A stretch of DNA of 62,519 nucleotides, taken from NCBI GenBank assembly GCA_964400165.1, contig CAYNSX010000003.1, positions 1-62,519 on the forward strand, given 5' to 3'. This DNA is from an uncultured bacterium (lineage in GTDB: Bacteria > Armatimonadota > Hebobacteria > CAYNSX01). Of the stretch, positions 28,420 through 38,037 are shown piece by piece. A program made the position numbers and the translations under genes. Numbering within the stretch: the first letter of the stretch is position 1; every line of letters starts with the position of its first letter. The notes under the pieces were generated by a model. It made no database searches. It had not been told where the DNA came from and saw only the letters and a program-made list of their open reading frames with translations.

Positions 28420-28484
28420 GCCCCTCTCCGCGGAGCGGAGAGGGCTGGCGACTTGTCCTTCGTAGCCCAATGGGCGAAGGAGGA
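28420..28484. repeat. Intergenic palindromes (terminator- or REP-like)
   Basis: GCCCCTCTCCG...CGGAGAGGGC hairpin related to family B, then TCCTTCG-TAGCCCAATGGG-CGAAGGA. Confidence 0.45.
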
Positions 28485-28576
28485 AGCCGGGGTAAGGTTG
28501 TCCCCACGCTTCGCACAGGACAGCCCCCGCGCGCAGGCGAACCCCCTCTGCATCCCGCAGTTCGTCCGGAGGGTGT

Positions 28577-30949
28577 ATGCGCCGTCTGGTCGCGCTCGTT
28601 GCAGTGTGCTGGCCGGTGTTCCTCGCGGTGCAGGTGCAGGCCGCGCCTGCGCTGTCCCCGCCGTTGCGGCTGCCCTACGGCGGCGGACGCGCGCTTCTCT
28701 TCCGTGACGACTACGGCGTGCCGCACCTCCTCGCCGACACCGACGGCGCCCTCTACTTCGGCGACGGGTATGCCATCGCCGAAGACCGGCTCATCCAAAT
28801 GGCACAGTTTCGGGCGATGGCGCTCGGGGAACTCGCCGCCGCGCTCGGCGCCGAGTACATCGAAGACGACATCCGCACGCGGACGGTGGGCTACACCGCG
28901 GAGGAACTCGCCGATGCCGTCGCCGCCTTGCCGGCGGAAGTCCGTGAATCGCTGACCGCCTACGCGGCGGGCGTCAACCACTATGTCGAAACACTGCAGG
29001 GAGCCGGCGGACTCGCCGCGCGACTCGGGCCGTTCGCCGCCACCTGGCGGGCGTGGACGCCGACCGATTCCGCCGCGGTCGACATTGCGATGTCTCGGCG
29101 TTTCGGCCTCGGCGGCACCGAAGAACTGCCGCAACTCCGCTTCTATCAGACGCTGCACGCCGCGCTCGGCGACGGCGCCGCCGCCGTGTTCGATGATTTC
29201 GTTTGGTGGGATGACCCCGCAGCGCCGACCACCATTCGGCGCCGTGACGACAACGGACGCCTCCCCGCCCCACCCGCGGTTGCGGCCAACCGCGACGCGC
29301 TGCTGACGCTGCCGGCCACGCTGCTGTCGGGCGCGCAAGACGCGCTCCAGATGCCGATGCCGGGCAGCCCGCAGCGTCTGGCGCGGCTCGGCGACTTGCG
29401 CGCCAGTTACGCGATTCTGCTGGCGCCCGAGCGCACCGCCAGCCGGGCGCCGATCCTGCTCGGCGGACCGCAGATGGGATTCGAGTCGCCGGCGGTGGCG
29501 CACGAAGTGCACCTGATGGGGCCGGGCGTCAATGTCATCGGGATGTCGTTCGCCGGCGTGCCAGGCGTGCTGCTCGGACACAACGACCACCTCGCCTGGA
29601 CCGCGACCTCGGGCGTCGGCAACCTGGTGGACTTCTTCATCGAGACGCTCGACCGCAACGACCCGTCGCGCTACCGCTTCCGCGGGTCTGTGCAGCCCAT
29701 GCTCCAGCGCACCGAAACGATTGCCGTCGCGGGTGGGCGGCCGGTGACGGTGACTGTACGCCGCAGCGTCCACGGGCCGATCATCAATGCCGATGCGGCC
29801 GCCGGACTTGCCACCGCGCTCGCCTTCCCCGCCTGGGGCAAAGAACTCGACACCCTCACCGCGCTCTACCGTTCGAATCGTGCGCGCTCGCTGACCGAAC
29901 TGGGCGACCTGCTCCCGCTCATCGGCTACTCGTTCAACTTCTTCGCCGCGTCGACGACGGGCGACATCGCGTATTGGTATGTCGGCCAGTACCCGGTGCG
30001 CGCGGACAATGTCGACCCGCGCTTCCCCGTCCCCGGCACCGGCGAATTCGAATGGCGCGGCGTGATGCCGTCCAGAGACTTGCCGCACTTGGTCAACCCC
30101 CGCGACGGCTATCTGGTCAACTGGAACAACCGCCCCTCTCCGTCGTGGCCGAGTTCGGTGTGGGGCGCGTCGCACCACATGCGCTCCATCGAGCGTGCGG
30201 CGCAGAGCCGCGACATCTGGACCCCCGAACAACTCGCCGACCTGCAGCGCACCTTCGGGCTGACCGATCCGCTCGCGGTGACCTTCCGGCCCGCGCTGCT
30301 CGATGCGGTCAAGAGCCGCCACCTCGACCGCAATCCCGAGTTCGCCGGCGTCATCCGGGCGCTCGAGGCCTGGGACGAACGCGTGCTCGAAGGCAGTTTG
30401 GGCCCGACCGCGATGCGCTACTGGCTCCGGCAGGCGCTCGACGACACTTTCGGCGACGACCTGGCCGGGCTGGCGACCGCCTGGCGCTTTGATGTCCGCA
30501 CGATGGACTTCCCCGACCCCTTCACCGATGTCCTGGCGCACGCGCTCAACGCGCCCGTCGATCGGGCGCGCAAGTTATCGTGGGACTACTTGAACGCGGC
30601 GAAGTGGCAGGATGTGATGGCGGGTTCGTTCGAGCGCGGGATGCACCGGATGCTCGAAGAGACCGGCAGCACACTCGACGCCGTCCGCCAGCCCCGCCGG
30701 ATGATCAATTTCGAAGGCCTGGCGCCCATTCCGTACACGAGCCGCGGCACCTTCATTCAAGTGGTGGAATTGCGCCCCGATGGACCGCACGGCATGAGCG
30801 TGCTGCCGCCCGGGCAGTCGGAACTCCCCGGCCATCCGCACCAGGCCGACCAGCGTGACCTCGCCGGATTCTGGCAATACAAACCGATGCGGCTCGGGCG
30901 CGCCGAATGGGAGCGCCGCGCGACGGACTTGCCCCCATCACCGAATTGA
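28577..30949 (+). CDS. Penicillin acylase family (Ntn hydrolase, S45)
   Basis: 790 aa; signal peptide; RDDYGVPHL, GYAIAEDRL, nucleophile Ser at the predicted beta-chain start (S277, SYAILL), GGPQMGF, RSVHGP, VNWNNRP, PPGQS. Confidence 0.9.
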   Translation: MRRLVALVAVCWPVFLAVQVQAAPALSPPLRLPYGGGRALLFRDDYGVPHLLADTDGALYFGDGYAIAEDRLIQMAQFRAMALGELAAALGAEYIEDDIRTRTVGYTAEELADAVAALPAEVRESLTAYAAGVNHYVETLQGAGGLAARLGPFAATWRAWTPTDSAAVDIAMSRRFGLGGTEELPQLRFYQTLHAALGDGAAAVFDDFVWWDDPAAPTTIRRRDDNGRLPAPPAVAANRDALLTLPATLLSGAQDALQMPMPGSPQRLARLGDLRASYAILLAPERTASRAPILLGGPQMGFESPAVAHEVHLMGPGVNVIGMSFAGVPGVLLGHNDHLAWTATSGVGNLVDFFIETLDRNDPSRYRFRGSVQPMLQRTETIAVAGGRPVTVTVRRSVHGPIINADAAAGLATALAFPAWGKELDTLTALYRSNRARSLTELGDLLPLIGYSFNFFAASTTGDIAYWYVGQYPVRADNVDPRFPVPGTGEFEWRGVMPSRDLPHLVNPRDGYLVNWNNRPSPSWPSSVWGASHHMRSIERAAQSRDIWTPEQLADLQRTFGLTDPLAVTFRPALLDAVKSRHLDRNPEFAGVIRALEAWDERVLEGSLGPTAMRYWLRQALDDTFGDDLAGLATAWRFDVRTMDFPDPFTDVLAHALNAPVDRARKLSWDYLNAAKWQDVMAGSFERGMHRMLEETGSTLDAVRQPRRMINFEGLAPIPYTSRGTFIQVVELRPDGPHGMSVLPPGQSELPGHPHQADQRDLAGFWQYKPMRLGRAEWERRATDLPPSPN

Positions 30950-31002
30950 CCGTTGGTAGCGCCCCCGCGACGGCGCGACTACAATGGCCGCCGGAGACGC
31001 TG

Positions 31003-32220
31003 ATGATTTCGGTGGATGAGGCGCTCGACCGCATCCTGCAGGACGCAATTGCTCTGCCGGCGGAACGCGTCGCGCTGCCGGACGCGCAGTGGCGCGTCCT
31101 GGCCGAAGACATCACAGCCGCCGAGCCCCTGCCCCACTTCGACAACGCCGCCATGGATGGCTTCGCCGTCCGCGCCGCTGACACGCTGCCCGCATCCCCC
31201 GAGTCGCCTGTTTCGCTGACCGTCGCCGGCACGGCGCCGGTGGGCCGCCCGACGGCGGCGGCGCTCGGGTCCGGACAGTGCGTGCGCGTCTTCACGGGAG
31301 GCCCGCTGCCGACGGGCGCCGACGCGGTCCTGATTCAGGAACTCGCCCACACGAAACAGAACGGCACGATTTCGCTGACCCGGCCGGTTGAGCGCGGCGC
31401 CAACATTCGGCGTGCCGGCGACGACTTGGCCGCCGGCGCCGCCGCCTTGTCGAAGGGCGCGCTGCTCACCGCGCCGCGCATCGGCCTGCTCGCCGCCCTT
31501 GGCCGCACCGATGTCGCCGTGACGCAGCGCCCGCGCGCCGCGCTCCTGACCACGGGGAGCGAGGTGATCGAACCGGACCAGCCGCTCACGCCCGGCACGA
31601 TTCGCAACAGCAACCGCTTCACGCTCACCGGACTGTTGCAGGATGCCGGCGCGGACCTGGCAATAGTCCGGCACCTGCCTGACGACCGCGCCGCCACCGA
31701 GCGCGCGCTGCGAGAGGCGCTCGCCTGCGATGTCGTCGTCACGACGGGCGGCGTCTCCGTCGGCCAGGCCGACTGGGTGCGGCCCACCATCGAAGCGCTG
31801 GGCACGCTCGAATTCTCGCAGGTCAATGTGCGCCCGGGGCGCCCGGTCACTTTCGGGCGCGTCGGCGCGACGCGCCTGTTCGGGCTGCCGGGCAACCCGG
31901 TGTCGGCGTTGGTGTGTTTTGTGGTGTTCGTGCGCCCGTACTTGCACGCGCTGCTCGGCCTGCCGACCGCGCAACAGGTCTTCCCCGCGACGCTGACCGC
32001 CGCGGTGCCGCACACCCCCGGCCGCCGCGAATATGTGCGCGGGCGCGTCGCGCCCAGCGGCGACGGCTTCGCCGTCACGCCGAGCGCGAAGCGCGGCTCG
32101 CATATGCTCGGCGCGTTCGCCGACGCCAATTCGCTGATTGTCATTCCCGATAGTGCGGAAGGGCTGGCGGCTGGGGCCCGCGTCGAGGTCATCGCCCTCG
32201 CCCCGTGGTGGGCGCCGTGA
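31003..32220 (+). CDS. moeA: Molybdopterin molybdotransferase
   Basis: PHFDNAAMDGFAVR, FTGGPLPTGADAV, TTGSEV, TTGGVSVG, PGRP, LPGNPVS; GGAG SD before ATG 31003. Confidence 0.93.
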   Translation: MISVDEALDRILQDAIALPAERVALPDAQWRVLAEDITAAEPLPHFDNAAMDGFAVRAADTLPASPESPVSLTVAGTAPVGRPTAAALGSGQCVRVFTGGPLPTGADAVLIQELAHTKQNGTISLTRPVERGANIRRAGDDLAAGAAALSKGALLTAPRIGLLAALGRTDVAVTQRPRAALLTTGSEVIEPDQPLTPGTIRNSNRFTLTGLLQDAGADLAIVRHLPDDRAATERALREALACDVVVTTGGVSVGQADWVRPTIEALGTLEFSQVNVRPGRPVTFGRVGATRLFGLPGNPVSALVCFVVFVRPYLHALLGLPTAQQVFPATLTAAVPHTPGRREYVRGRVAPSGDGFAVTPSAKRGSHMLGAFADANSLIVIPDSAEGLAAGARVEVIALAPWWAP

Positions 32221-32678
32221 GCGACGACACCACTCGCATTGCGATGGTGGACATCTCCGGCAAGCCCGCGACCGCCCGGCGAGCGGTCGCCGAGGCCCGC
32301 GTCACGCTGAACGCCGACACCGCCGCACGCATCCGGGCGGGCACGGTGCCGAAGGGCGATGTCCTCGCCGTCGCCCGCCTCGCCGGCATTCTGGCGGCGA
32401 AGCGCACCGCCGAATTGCTGCCGCTTTGCCACCCGCTGCCGATCGACCACATCGCCGTCGACGCGGCGCTGGATGATGATTCCGTCATCCTCACTGCCAC
32501 CGTGACCACCCGCGCCGCCACCGGCCCCGAAATGGAAGCGCTGACCGCCGCCGCCTGCGCGGCGCTGACCGTATACGACCTGTGCAAGGGCCTGCAACCC
32601 GGCATCGTGATTGGCCCCGTCCGCCTGCTGGAAAAGGATGGCGGCAAGAGCGGCCACTGGACGCGCGATGGCCATTAG
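32217..32678 (+). CDS. moaC: Cyclic pyranopterin monophosphate synthase
   Basis: MVDISGK, KGDVLAVARLAGILAAKRT, LLPLCHPL, EMEALT, VYDLCK, KDGGKSG. Confidence 0.95.
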   Translation: MSDDTTRIAMVDISGKPATARRAVAEARVTLNADTAARIRAGTVPKGDVLAVARLAGILAAKRTAELLPLCHPLPIDHIAVDAALDDDSVILTATVTTRAATGPEMEALTAAACAALTVYDLCKGLQPGIVIGPVRLLEKDGGKSGHWTRDGH

Positions 32679-33240
32679 CGTCGCCATCCTCACCATCAGC
32701 GACCGCTGCGCCCGCGGGGAACAGGAAGACCGCTCCGGCGCGGCGCTGCGCGCCGCGGTCGAGGGGCGCGGCTGGGCGGTCGCCGCCGCAGCGATAGTCC
32801 CCGACGAAGTGCCCGCCATCGAGGCCGCGTTGCGCGCCTGGGTGAGCGCGGGGCATCAGGTCATCCTGACGACCGGCGGCACCGGCCTCACCGCGCGGGA
32901 TGTCACGCCGGAAGCGACGCGCGCGGTCGTCACGCGCGAAGTGCCCGGGCTCGCCGAGACGATGCGCGCGGTCAGCCGCGCCGCAACGCCGGGCGCACTG
33001 CTCTCGCGCGCACTCGCCGGCACCGCGGGTGAAACCCTTATCATCAATCTGCCCGGCAGCCCCGTCGGCGCCATCGAATGTCTCGATGCCATTGCCGACG
33101 CCATCCCGCACGCCGTCGCGCTGCTCATCGACCCGCACCATGCCCCGCATCCCGCCGCGGCGCCGCCCGCCGCTCGCCTTGCCCCGGCGCGGGGCCGGGA
33201 CTATAATCCCCCGCCGTCCACCGGGCGGCCTCCACAATGA
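32668..33240 (+). CDS. mog: Molybdopterin adenylyltransferase (Mog/MoaB)
   Basis: ILTISDR, EDRSG, TTGGTGLTARDVTPEAT, LSRALAG, INLPGSP. Confidence 0.85.
   Translation: MAISVAILTISDRCARGEQEDRSGAALRAAVEGRGWAVAAAAIVPDEVPAIEAALRAWVSAGHQVILTTGGTGLTARDVTPEATRAVVTREVPGLAETMRAVSRAATPGALLSRALAGTAGETLIINLPGSPVGAIECLDAIADAIPHAVALLIDPHHAPHPAAAPPAARLAPARGRDYNPPPSTGRPPQ
33179..33207 (+). promoter_or_regulatory. Putative sigma70 promoter inside the 3' end of mog, upstream of trkA
   Basis: TTGCCC-N17-TATAAT; a perfect -10 box in GC-rich context, about 30 bp before the trkA ATG. Confidence 0.55.
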
Positions 33241-33725
33241 AAATCCTCATCCTCGGTTGCGGGCGCGTCGGCTCCACGCTGGCCGGCCTGTTGAGCGAAG
33301 ACGGCCACGAGGTCACGGTGCTCGACCGAGACCCCGAAGCGTTTCGCCGCCTGCCCAAGGGCTTCACCGGCCGCAAGGTGCTCGGCATCGGGATCGATGA
33401 GGACATTTTGCGCAAGGCGGGCGTGACGGAAGCGGACTGCTTCATCGCCGTCACCAACGGCGACAACACCAACCTGATGGCGACCCAGATCGCGCGCCGC
33501 CATTTCAACATCAAGCGCACCATCACCCGCGTCTACGACCCGATCCGCGCCGAAGTGTACGAAGAGGAATTCGGCCTCGAAACCCTCTGCCCGACCACCA
33601 TCAGCGCCGGCATCATCCGCGACCTGATCGCCGAACGCGCGCTCGGCTCGCTCGAACGCTACCGGGAACTGCGCAACCTCGTCGCGCAGGAATGGCTGGC
33701 GGCGGCGGCGTCCGGGAAGGAATAG
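33237..33725 (+). CDS. trkA: TrkA/KTN RCK_N-only potassium uptake regulatory subunit
   Basis: 162 aa; KILILGCGRVG, IAVTNGDNTN, ITRVYDP. Confidence 0.85.
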   Translation: MKILILGCGRVGSTLAGLLSEDGHEVTVLDRDPEAFRRLPKGFTGRKVLGIGIDEDILRKAGVTEADCFIAVTNGDNTNLMATQIARRHFNIKRTITRVYDPIRAEVYEEEFGLETLCPTTISAGIIRDLIAERALGSLERYRELRNLVAQEWLAAAASGKE

Positions 33726-33726
33726 C

Positions 33727-34404
33727 GTGTACATCCTCATCGCCGGCGGCGGCAAAGTCGGCTATCACCTCACCCGCCATTTCCTCGACCTGGGCACGCA
33801 CGAAGTGCTGCTGCTCGAAAAGAACGCCAACCGCGTCCGGCGTCTCACAGATGATCTGGGCGACATGGTGATGCTCGGCGACGCCTCCGAAGTGCGCACC
33901 CTGGCACGGGCGGGCGTGGCGCGCGCCGACGCCGTCGTCGCCGTCACCGGCGACGATGAGGACAACCTCATCATCTGCCAGCTCGCGCATCGCCGCTTCA
34001 ATGTCCCGCGCACGCTGGCCCGCGTGAACAACCCGAAGAACGAGCAGATTTTCAAGGACCTCGGCATCGGCGAAACTTTGAGCAGCACCCGCCTCATTCA
34101 CAGTCTGCTCGAGCAGGAGGTCGAGGTCGGAGAAATCCTGCCCATCGCCACGCTCGACCGCGGCAATGTCGAAGTCATCGCCGCGGAACTGACGCCCGAC
34201 ACGCCCGTGGTCGGCCGGAAACTGAAAGACCTCGCCATCCCCGGCTCCTGCGTCATCTCGGCCATTGTCCGTGACGGCGTCATTCTCGACCCGAGCGGCA
34301 CCACCGAACTCCTCGCCGGCGACACCTTGGTCGCTCTCGTTCGCACAGCGGACGCGCCGCAACTGCGCTCTCTGCTGGCGCCGCCGGTCGCCGCGCCGAC
34401 CTAG
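33727..34404 (+). CDS. trkA: TrkA/KtrA potassium uptake regulatory subunit (RCK_N + RCK_C)
   Basis: 225 aa; ILIAGGGKVG, VAVTGDDEDN, ARVNNPKN; C-terminal RCK_C (VGRKLKDL, AIVRDG). Confidence 0.9.
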   Translation: MYILIAGGGKVGYHLTRHFLDLGTHEVLLLEKNANRVRRLTDDLGDMVMLGDASEVRTLARAGVARADAVVAVTGDDEDNLIICQLAHRRFNVPRTLARVNNPKNEQIFKDLGIGETLSSTRLIHSLLEQEVEVGEILPIATLDRGNVEVIAAELTPDTPVVGRKLKDLAIPGSCVISAIVRDGVILDPSGTTELLAGDTLVALVRTADAPQLRSLLAPPVAAPT

Positions 34405-34442
34405 CCCCGCGTGCCCCGGTCCCGGCGGAACACAGCGCACGC

Positions 34443-35405
34443 ATGAATCGCATTGCGGTTGTCACCAGCGGCGGCGACGCGCCCGGCATGAACGCCGCAG
34501 TGCGGGCGGTGACGCGCATCGCGCTCGGCGCCAGCGTCGAGGTCCTCGGCGTGCATCACGGCTACCAGGGCTTGATCGAGGGGCACTTCGAACACCTCTC
34601 CTCTCTCTCGGTCAGCGACATCATTCATCGCGGCGGCACCATTCTCGGCACGGCGCGCTCGGAGAACTTCAAGACCCCCGAAGGGCTGCGGCGCGCCGCC
34701 GGCAACTTGAAGGCGCGCAATGTGGACGGGCTGGTTGTCATCGGTGGCGACGGCAGTCTCGCCGGCAGCCACGACCTGCATGTGCACGGGCCCTTCCCCG
34801 TCAATCATGTCCCCAGTTCGATTGACGGCGATGTGCCGGGCACCGACCACAGCATCGGGTTCGACTCGGCGGTCAACACCGCCATCGAGGCCATCGACCG
34901 CATCCGCGACACCGCCGAATCGCTCGACCGCGTCTTCGTCGTCGAGGTAATGGGCCGCGACCACGGCTTCCTCGCCCTCCAGACTGGCCTCGCCGCTGGC
35001 GCCGAGGAAATCCTGGTGCCCGAGATTCCCTGGGACCTCCAGGCCATCGCCCGCGACCTGCTCGCCTCGGCCGAGCGCGGCAAGCGCTCCTTCATCATCG
35101 TCGTCGCCGAAGGCGCCGCCTCGGCCGCCGAGATTGCGCCCGCCATTCAAGGGCTGACGCAGTTCGAGACGCGCCACACGGTCCTCGGCCACATCCAGCG
35201 CGGCGGCTCGCCGTCGGCCTTCGACCGCATCCTCGCCACGCGGCTCGGCGCCGCCGCCTGCCACCTGCTTCTGGCGGGCACTGCCGGCGTGATGACCGGC
35301 GATTCGGCGGACGCCATCCTCCACACGCCCATCGCCGAAGTGGTGAGCCGTCCGAAGCCCTTCGATGTCGAGCGCCACCGCCTCGCCCGCCAGGTCTCCC
35401 GTTAG
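34443..35405 (+). CDS. pfkA: 6-phosphofructokinase (ATP-type signature)
   Basis: TSGGDAPGMNAAVRA, GGTILGTAR, GGDGS, EVMGR, GHIQRGG; 320 aa. Confidence 0.9.
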   Translation: MNRIAVVTSGGDAPGMNAAVRAVTRIALGASVEVLGVHHGYQGLIEGHFEHLSSLSVSDIIHRGGTILGTARSENFKTPEGLRRAAGNLKARNVDGLVVIGGDGSLAGSHDLHVHGPFPVNHVPSSIDGDVPGTDHSIGFDSAVNTAIEAIDRIRDTAESLDRVFVVEVMGRDHGFLALQTGLAAGAEEILVPEIPWDLQAIARDLLASAERGKRSFIIVVAEGAASAAEIAPAIQGLTQFETRHTVLGHIQRGGSPSAFDRILATRLGAAACHLLLAGTAGVMTGDSADAILHTPIAEVVSRPKPFDVERHRLARQVSR

Positions 35406-35411
35406 GGCGCG

Positions 35412-35441
35412 TTGACTCCGCCGCGGGCGCTCGGCTATGCT
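35412..35441 (+). promoter_or_regulatory. Putative sigma70 promoter for hppA
   Basis: TTGACT-N18-TATGCT in the pfkA-hppA gap. Confidence 0.5.
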
Positions 35442-35594
35442 CTCGCCGACCGGCCCCGCGGCGACCGTGTGGGGCGTTCCGGGCGGCGAGGGCGGTACCT
35501 TGCCCGCGCCCGCCCGCCGACAAGACTGCATGAGGAGGGCACTCCCATTCTTCGGACTGCGCGCCCGCGTCGCGTGCCGTTTGCATCATCGCTC

Positions 35595-37973
35595 ATGGCA
35601 ATTCCTTTGTTGAGCACATCGGCGGGCTTTGGCGGCCACTCGATTGCACTCCCCCCGTTCGGCCCCACCGAATTGCTCCTGCTCTACTTGGTGCTGGGGG
35701 CGTCGGTGCTGGCCCTGCTCTATGGCGTCTACCTGACGCTGAAGGTGAAAGCCGCCTCGCCCGGCTCGGCGGGAATGCAGGCGGTGCAGTCCGCCATCCG
35801 CGAGGGCGCGACGGCGTATCTGAACAAGCAGTTCGGCACGCTGGTTTGGTTCATCCTGGCGCTCGCCACCGGGCTGTATTCGCTCTACTTCTTCTCGCTC
35901 CACCGCAGCGATCCCGACCGTACTTTCCTCTCCATAGGTATCGCCGTCGCCTTCCTGGCGGGGTCACTGCTCTCCTACGCCGCCGGGCGCGTCGGGATGT
36001 CGGTGGCGATTATGGCCAACGCCCGCGTCGCCAACGCCGCGCTCTCGTCCTTCAAGCGCGCGTTGGAAATCGCCTTCTGGGCAGGCACGGTGTCGGGGAT
36101 GTTCGTCGTCGGATTCGGGTTGATCGGGGCCACGGTCATCTTCCTGGTCTACCGCGAACAGGCGATGCTGGTGTTGGTCGGGTTCGGGTTCGGCGGGTCA
36201 CTGGCGGCGCTGTTTATGCGCGTCGGCGGCGGCATCTACACGAAGGCCGCCGACATCGGCGCCGACCTGGTCGGCAAAGTCGAACTCGGCATCCCGGAGG
36301 ACGACCCGCGCAACGCCGCCGTCATCGCCGACAATGTCGGCGACAATGTCGGCGACTGCGCCGGCATGGCGGCGGATGTCTTCGAGTCGTATGAGGTGAC
36401 GCTGGTCGCCGCCATCATCCTCGGCGCGTTCGCGACGCTCGACCCCGGCTTTGTCGCCCTCTACGGCGGCGCCGAGGGCGCCAGCGCCTTCGCCGTCAAA
36501 CTCATCATTTTCGCCATTTTGGTGCGCGCCGTCGGCATCGTCTCGTCCATCATCGGGACCATGAGCGTGCGCGGCAAGGACGACCCGAATCTCGACCCGA
36601 TGAAGCCGATCAACACCGGCTTCTACACTGCGTCGCTGGTCTCGGTCATTGGGTTTGGCATTGTCGCCGCGGTCTATCTGCGGCCGCCCGCCAACGCGCC
36701 CGGCGCTCCGGCGTGGTGGCAATTCTTCCTCGCCTGCAGTTTGGGCATCGTGCTGGCGCTGGTGATTGGACGGCTGACGGAATACTTCACCTCCACCGAA
36801 AGGCCGCCCGTTGTCGAGATCGCCGATCAGGCGCCAATGGGCCCAGCGCCGATGCTCATCACCGGCCTGTCCTTCGGCATGGAAAGCAGCGTCTGGGCGA
36901 TCGTGGCGATTATGCTCACCATCGCCGGGGCGATGGCGATTTTCGCCGGCAACCTGGCGTTGAGTTTCTACGGCGTCGCCCTCGCCGGCCTCGGGCTGCT
37001 CACCACCACCGGCTTCATTCTGGCGATGGACACTTATGGCCCCATCACCGACAACGCCAACGGCATCTTCGAAATGTCGGGCGTGCTGCGAGAAAAAGAT
37101 GAAAAGGGCGAGAAGGCGCAAGCGCACCTCTTCATCGCCCGCCTCGACGCGGTCGGCAACACGACGAAAGCGCTTACCAAGGGCTTCGCCATCGCCACCG
37201 CGGTCATTGCCGCCGTGTCGCTCTTCCGTTCGTTCGTCGATTCGGCGGGGTTGTCCGGTCACGGCGACACCGGCCAGACGCTCGTCGGCATTCAGGTGGA
37301 TGTGCCCGAAGTCTTCATCGGCCTGATGGCGGGCGGCGCCGTAATTATGCTGTTCGCGGCATTCCTCATCCGCGCCGTCGGGCGCGCCGGCTCGCTGCTC
37401 GTCGAGGAAGTGCGGCGGCAGTTCCGCGAAATCCCGGGCCTAATGGAGGGCACGGCGAAGCCCGACTACGCCCGCTGCGTCAGCATCAGCACCGCCGCGG
37501 CCCAGAAGGAATTGCTCGGCCCCGGCCTGCTGGCGGTGTTTAGCCCGGTGCTGGTGACTTTCGCGCTCGGCTTCGTCAATCCGCTGGCCGGCGCCGCCGC
37601 GCTCGGAGGCTTCCTGGCGGGCGCCATCGTCGTCGGGCAACTGATGGCGGTCTTCATGGCCAATACCGGCGGCGCCTGGGACAACGCCAAGAAGAAGATT
37701 GAGGACGGCTACCTCGGCGGCAAAGGCACCGACGCCCACAAGGCGGGCGTCATCGGCGACACCGTCGGCGACCCGCTCAAAGACACTGCCGGCCCGGCGC
37801 TCAACCCGATGATCAAGGTCATCAACCTGGTTGCCATCCTGGTGATGCCGCTGGCCATCTCACCGGACCTGACCACCACGACCCGGGCCGCGGTCGTCAT
37901 CGGCTGCCTGGTGGTGCTGATAGCGGCGGTGAGTTTCAGCCGCCGGCCGATGAAGCGGGCGACGGCCAAATAA
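35595..37973 (+). CDS. hppA: Membrane-integral H+-translocating pyrophosphatase, K+-independent type
   Basis: GGGIYTKAADIGADLVGKVE, EDDPRN, DNVGDNVGDCAGMAADVFESY, DTYGPITDNA, GNTTKA (Lys = K+-independent signature), GGAWDNAKK, GDTVGDPLKDTAGP; start at ATG 35595 approximate. Confidence 0.93.
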   Translation: MAIPLLSTSAGFGGHSIALPPFGPTELLLLYLVLGASVLALLYGVYLTLKVKAASPGSAGMQAVQSAIREGATAYLNKQFGTLVWFILALATGLYSLYFFSLHRSDPDRTFLSIGIAVAFLAGSLLSYAAGRVGMSVAIMANARVANAALSSFKRALEIAFWAGTVSGMFVVGFGLIGATVIFLVYREQAMLVLVGFGFGGSLAALFMRVGGGIYTKAADIGADLVGKVELGIPEDDPRNAAVIADNVGDNVGDCAGMAADVFESYEVTLVAAIILGAFATLDPGFVALYGGAEGASAFAVKLIIFAILVRAVGIVSSIIGTMSVRGKDDPNLDPMKPINTGFYTASLVSVIGFGIVAAVYLRPPANAPGAPAWWQFFLACSLGIVLALVIGRLTEYFTSTERPPVVEIADQAPMGPAPMLITGLSFGMESSVWAIVAIMLTIAGAMAIFAGNLALSFYGVALAGLGLLTTTGFILAMDTYGPITDNANGIFEMSGVLREKDEKGEKAQAHLFIARLDAVGNTTKALTKGFAIATAVIAAVSLFRSFVDSAGLSGHGDTGQTLVGIQVDVPEVFIGLMAGGAVIMLFAAFLIRAVGRAGSLLVEEVRRQFREIPGLMEGTAKPDYARCVSISTAAAQKELLGPGLLAVFSPVLVTFALGFVNPLAGAAALGGFLAGAIVVGQLMAVFMANTGGAWDNAKKKIEDGYLGGKGTDAHKAGVIGDTVGDPLKDTAGPALNPMIKVINLVAILVMPLAISPDLTTTTRAAVVIGCLVVLIAAVSFSRRPMKRATAK

Positions 37974-38037
37974 TCGCAGCGGGAACCCTTCGCGCCGCGG
38001 CGAATAAGACACAGACTCTGCATCTCGGAGGCGAACG

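Noticed and set aside
24489-28553. 1354-aa minus-strand ORF
   Set aside because: Antisense shadow of the FAD subunit and HD-GYP/GGDEF genes; no motifs; long antisense frames are expected at this GC content and codon bias
12119-30541. Other long overlapping ORFs (12119..13756 +, 15950..17695 -, 22495..24558 -, 28370..30541 -)
   Set aside because: Each lies opposite a motif-supported gene and has no recognisable domain
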